NCBI GenBank assembly: GCA_976551045.1
Contig: CDPCPM010000231.1
Span: 3,596,001 to 3,660,000, forward strand
Source of the DNA: Glaucostegus cemiculus
Taxonomy: Eukaryota
Reading direction: 5' to 3'
DNA: 64,000 bases
The position numbers were made by a program, and so were the translations under genes. Below the pieces are notes generated by a model that did no database searches, was not told where the DNA came from, and was given only the letters and a program-made list of their open reading frames with translations. Shown piece after piece: positions 63,461 through 64,000 of the stretch (position 1 is its first letter; every line of letters starts with the position of its first letter).

Positions 63461-64000
63461 GAGATTGGCTGGCTTTTTCCACAAATCGAGATGAAAAATC
63501 CAAATCTGGCAATGCTATCTTATTCTACTCTTACACTCATTAAGTTCCCTGTCAGAATCATTTTGGAGGTTGAAGAATAGTTCAAATTATCCCTCCAGAA
63601 CAAAGGCCTTCTTGACTCATTTTCACATCCACTCCTCACCTTAAATCTTGCAGCTGAACTCGTGAGTATTCACACAGATGCTTCAGTTATTACCTGCTTC
63701 TCCCTAATTTCCTATAACCCTTATTTTCTATTTCACCTCTGCTCAACATTTAATAGGGTTATCTACTCTTGAGACCCACCTTCTCCTTATATTTATATCC
63801 TAATCTATCCCCTAACTCCTCAACGTGTGAACTTTAAAATGGCTGTCTATGGGAACACCATTCTTCTTCCTTTCATTGGTTTGGTAACTATCCTCCTCTG
63901 AAAGCATAGCCTTCAACCTTTCATTTTCCTGAACATGGGGAGGAATGTCAAGCCGAAATTATTTCCCTGTGTCGGGGCTTAGATAACGTGGACTGCTTTT

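Noticed and set aside
63341-63580. MEQQ... ORF as ZNF277 exon 5 (REILEQQQQER)
   Set aside because: The sequence is the Penelope-derived repeat tail; it lacks the CMFC motif and a suitable acceptor.

Overview
Vertebrate genomic DNA, most likely an elasmobranch (shark or ray), judged from HE1-type V-SINEs, SacSINE1/DeuSINE-like elements and the LINE/Penelope repertoire. A CpG-rich bidirectional promoter at ~48.2-49.5 kb separates two head-to-head genes. DOCK4 lies on the minus strand: only coding exon 1 is recognised, so 1-48550 is interpreted as its very large intron 1. ZNF277 lies on the plus strand (coding exons 1-4). The rest is mostly decayed retroelements (CR1, L2, RTE, Rex1/Babar, Penelope-like) and SINEs. 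Two features stand out. (1) Inside DOCK4 intron 1, on the same strand (~20.1-38.3 kb), hand translation recovers splice-site-bounded, stop- and frameshift-ridden exon remnants of a large mosaic type-I receptor. The inferred order is signal-WSC-CUB-SRCR-WSC-CUBs-LDLa-repeat-(EGF/YWTD)x3-SRCR-TM-tail, which matches no gene I recognise. (2) A dispersed Penelope-derived short element carries a minimal type-I hammerhead ribozyme motif, often as head-to-head inverted pairs. Repeat boundaries are approximate. All domain and family assignments come from manual reading and recalled consensus sequences, not from database searches.
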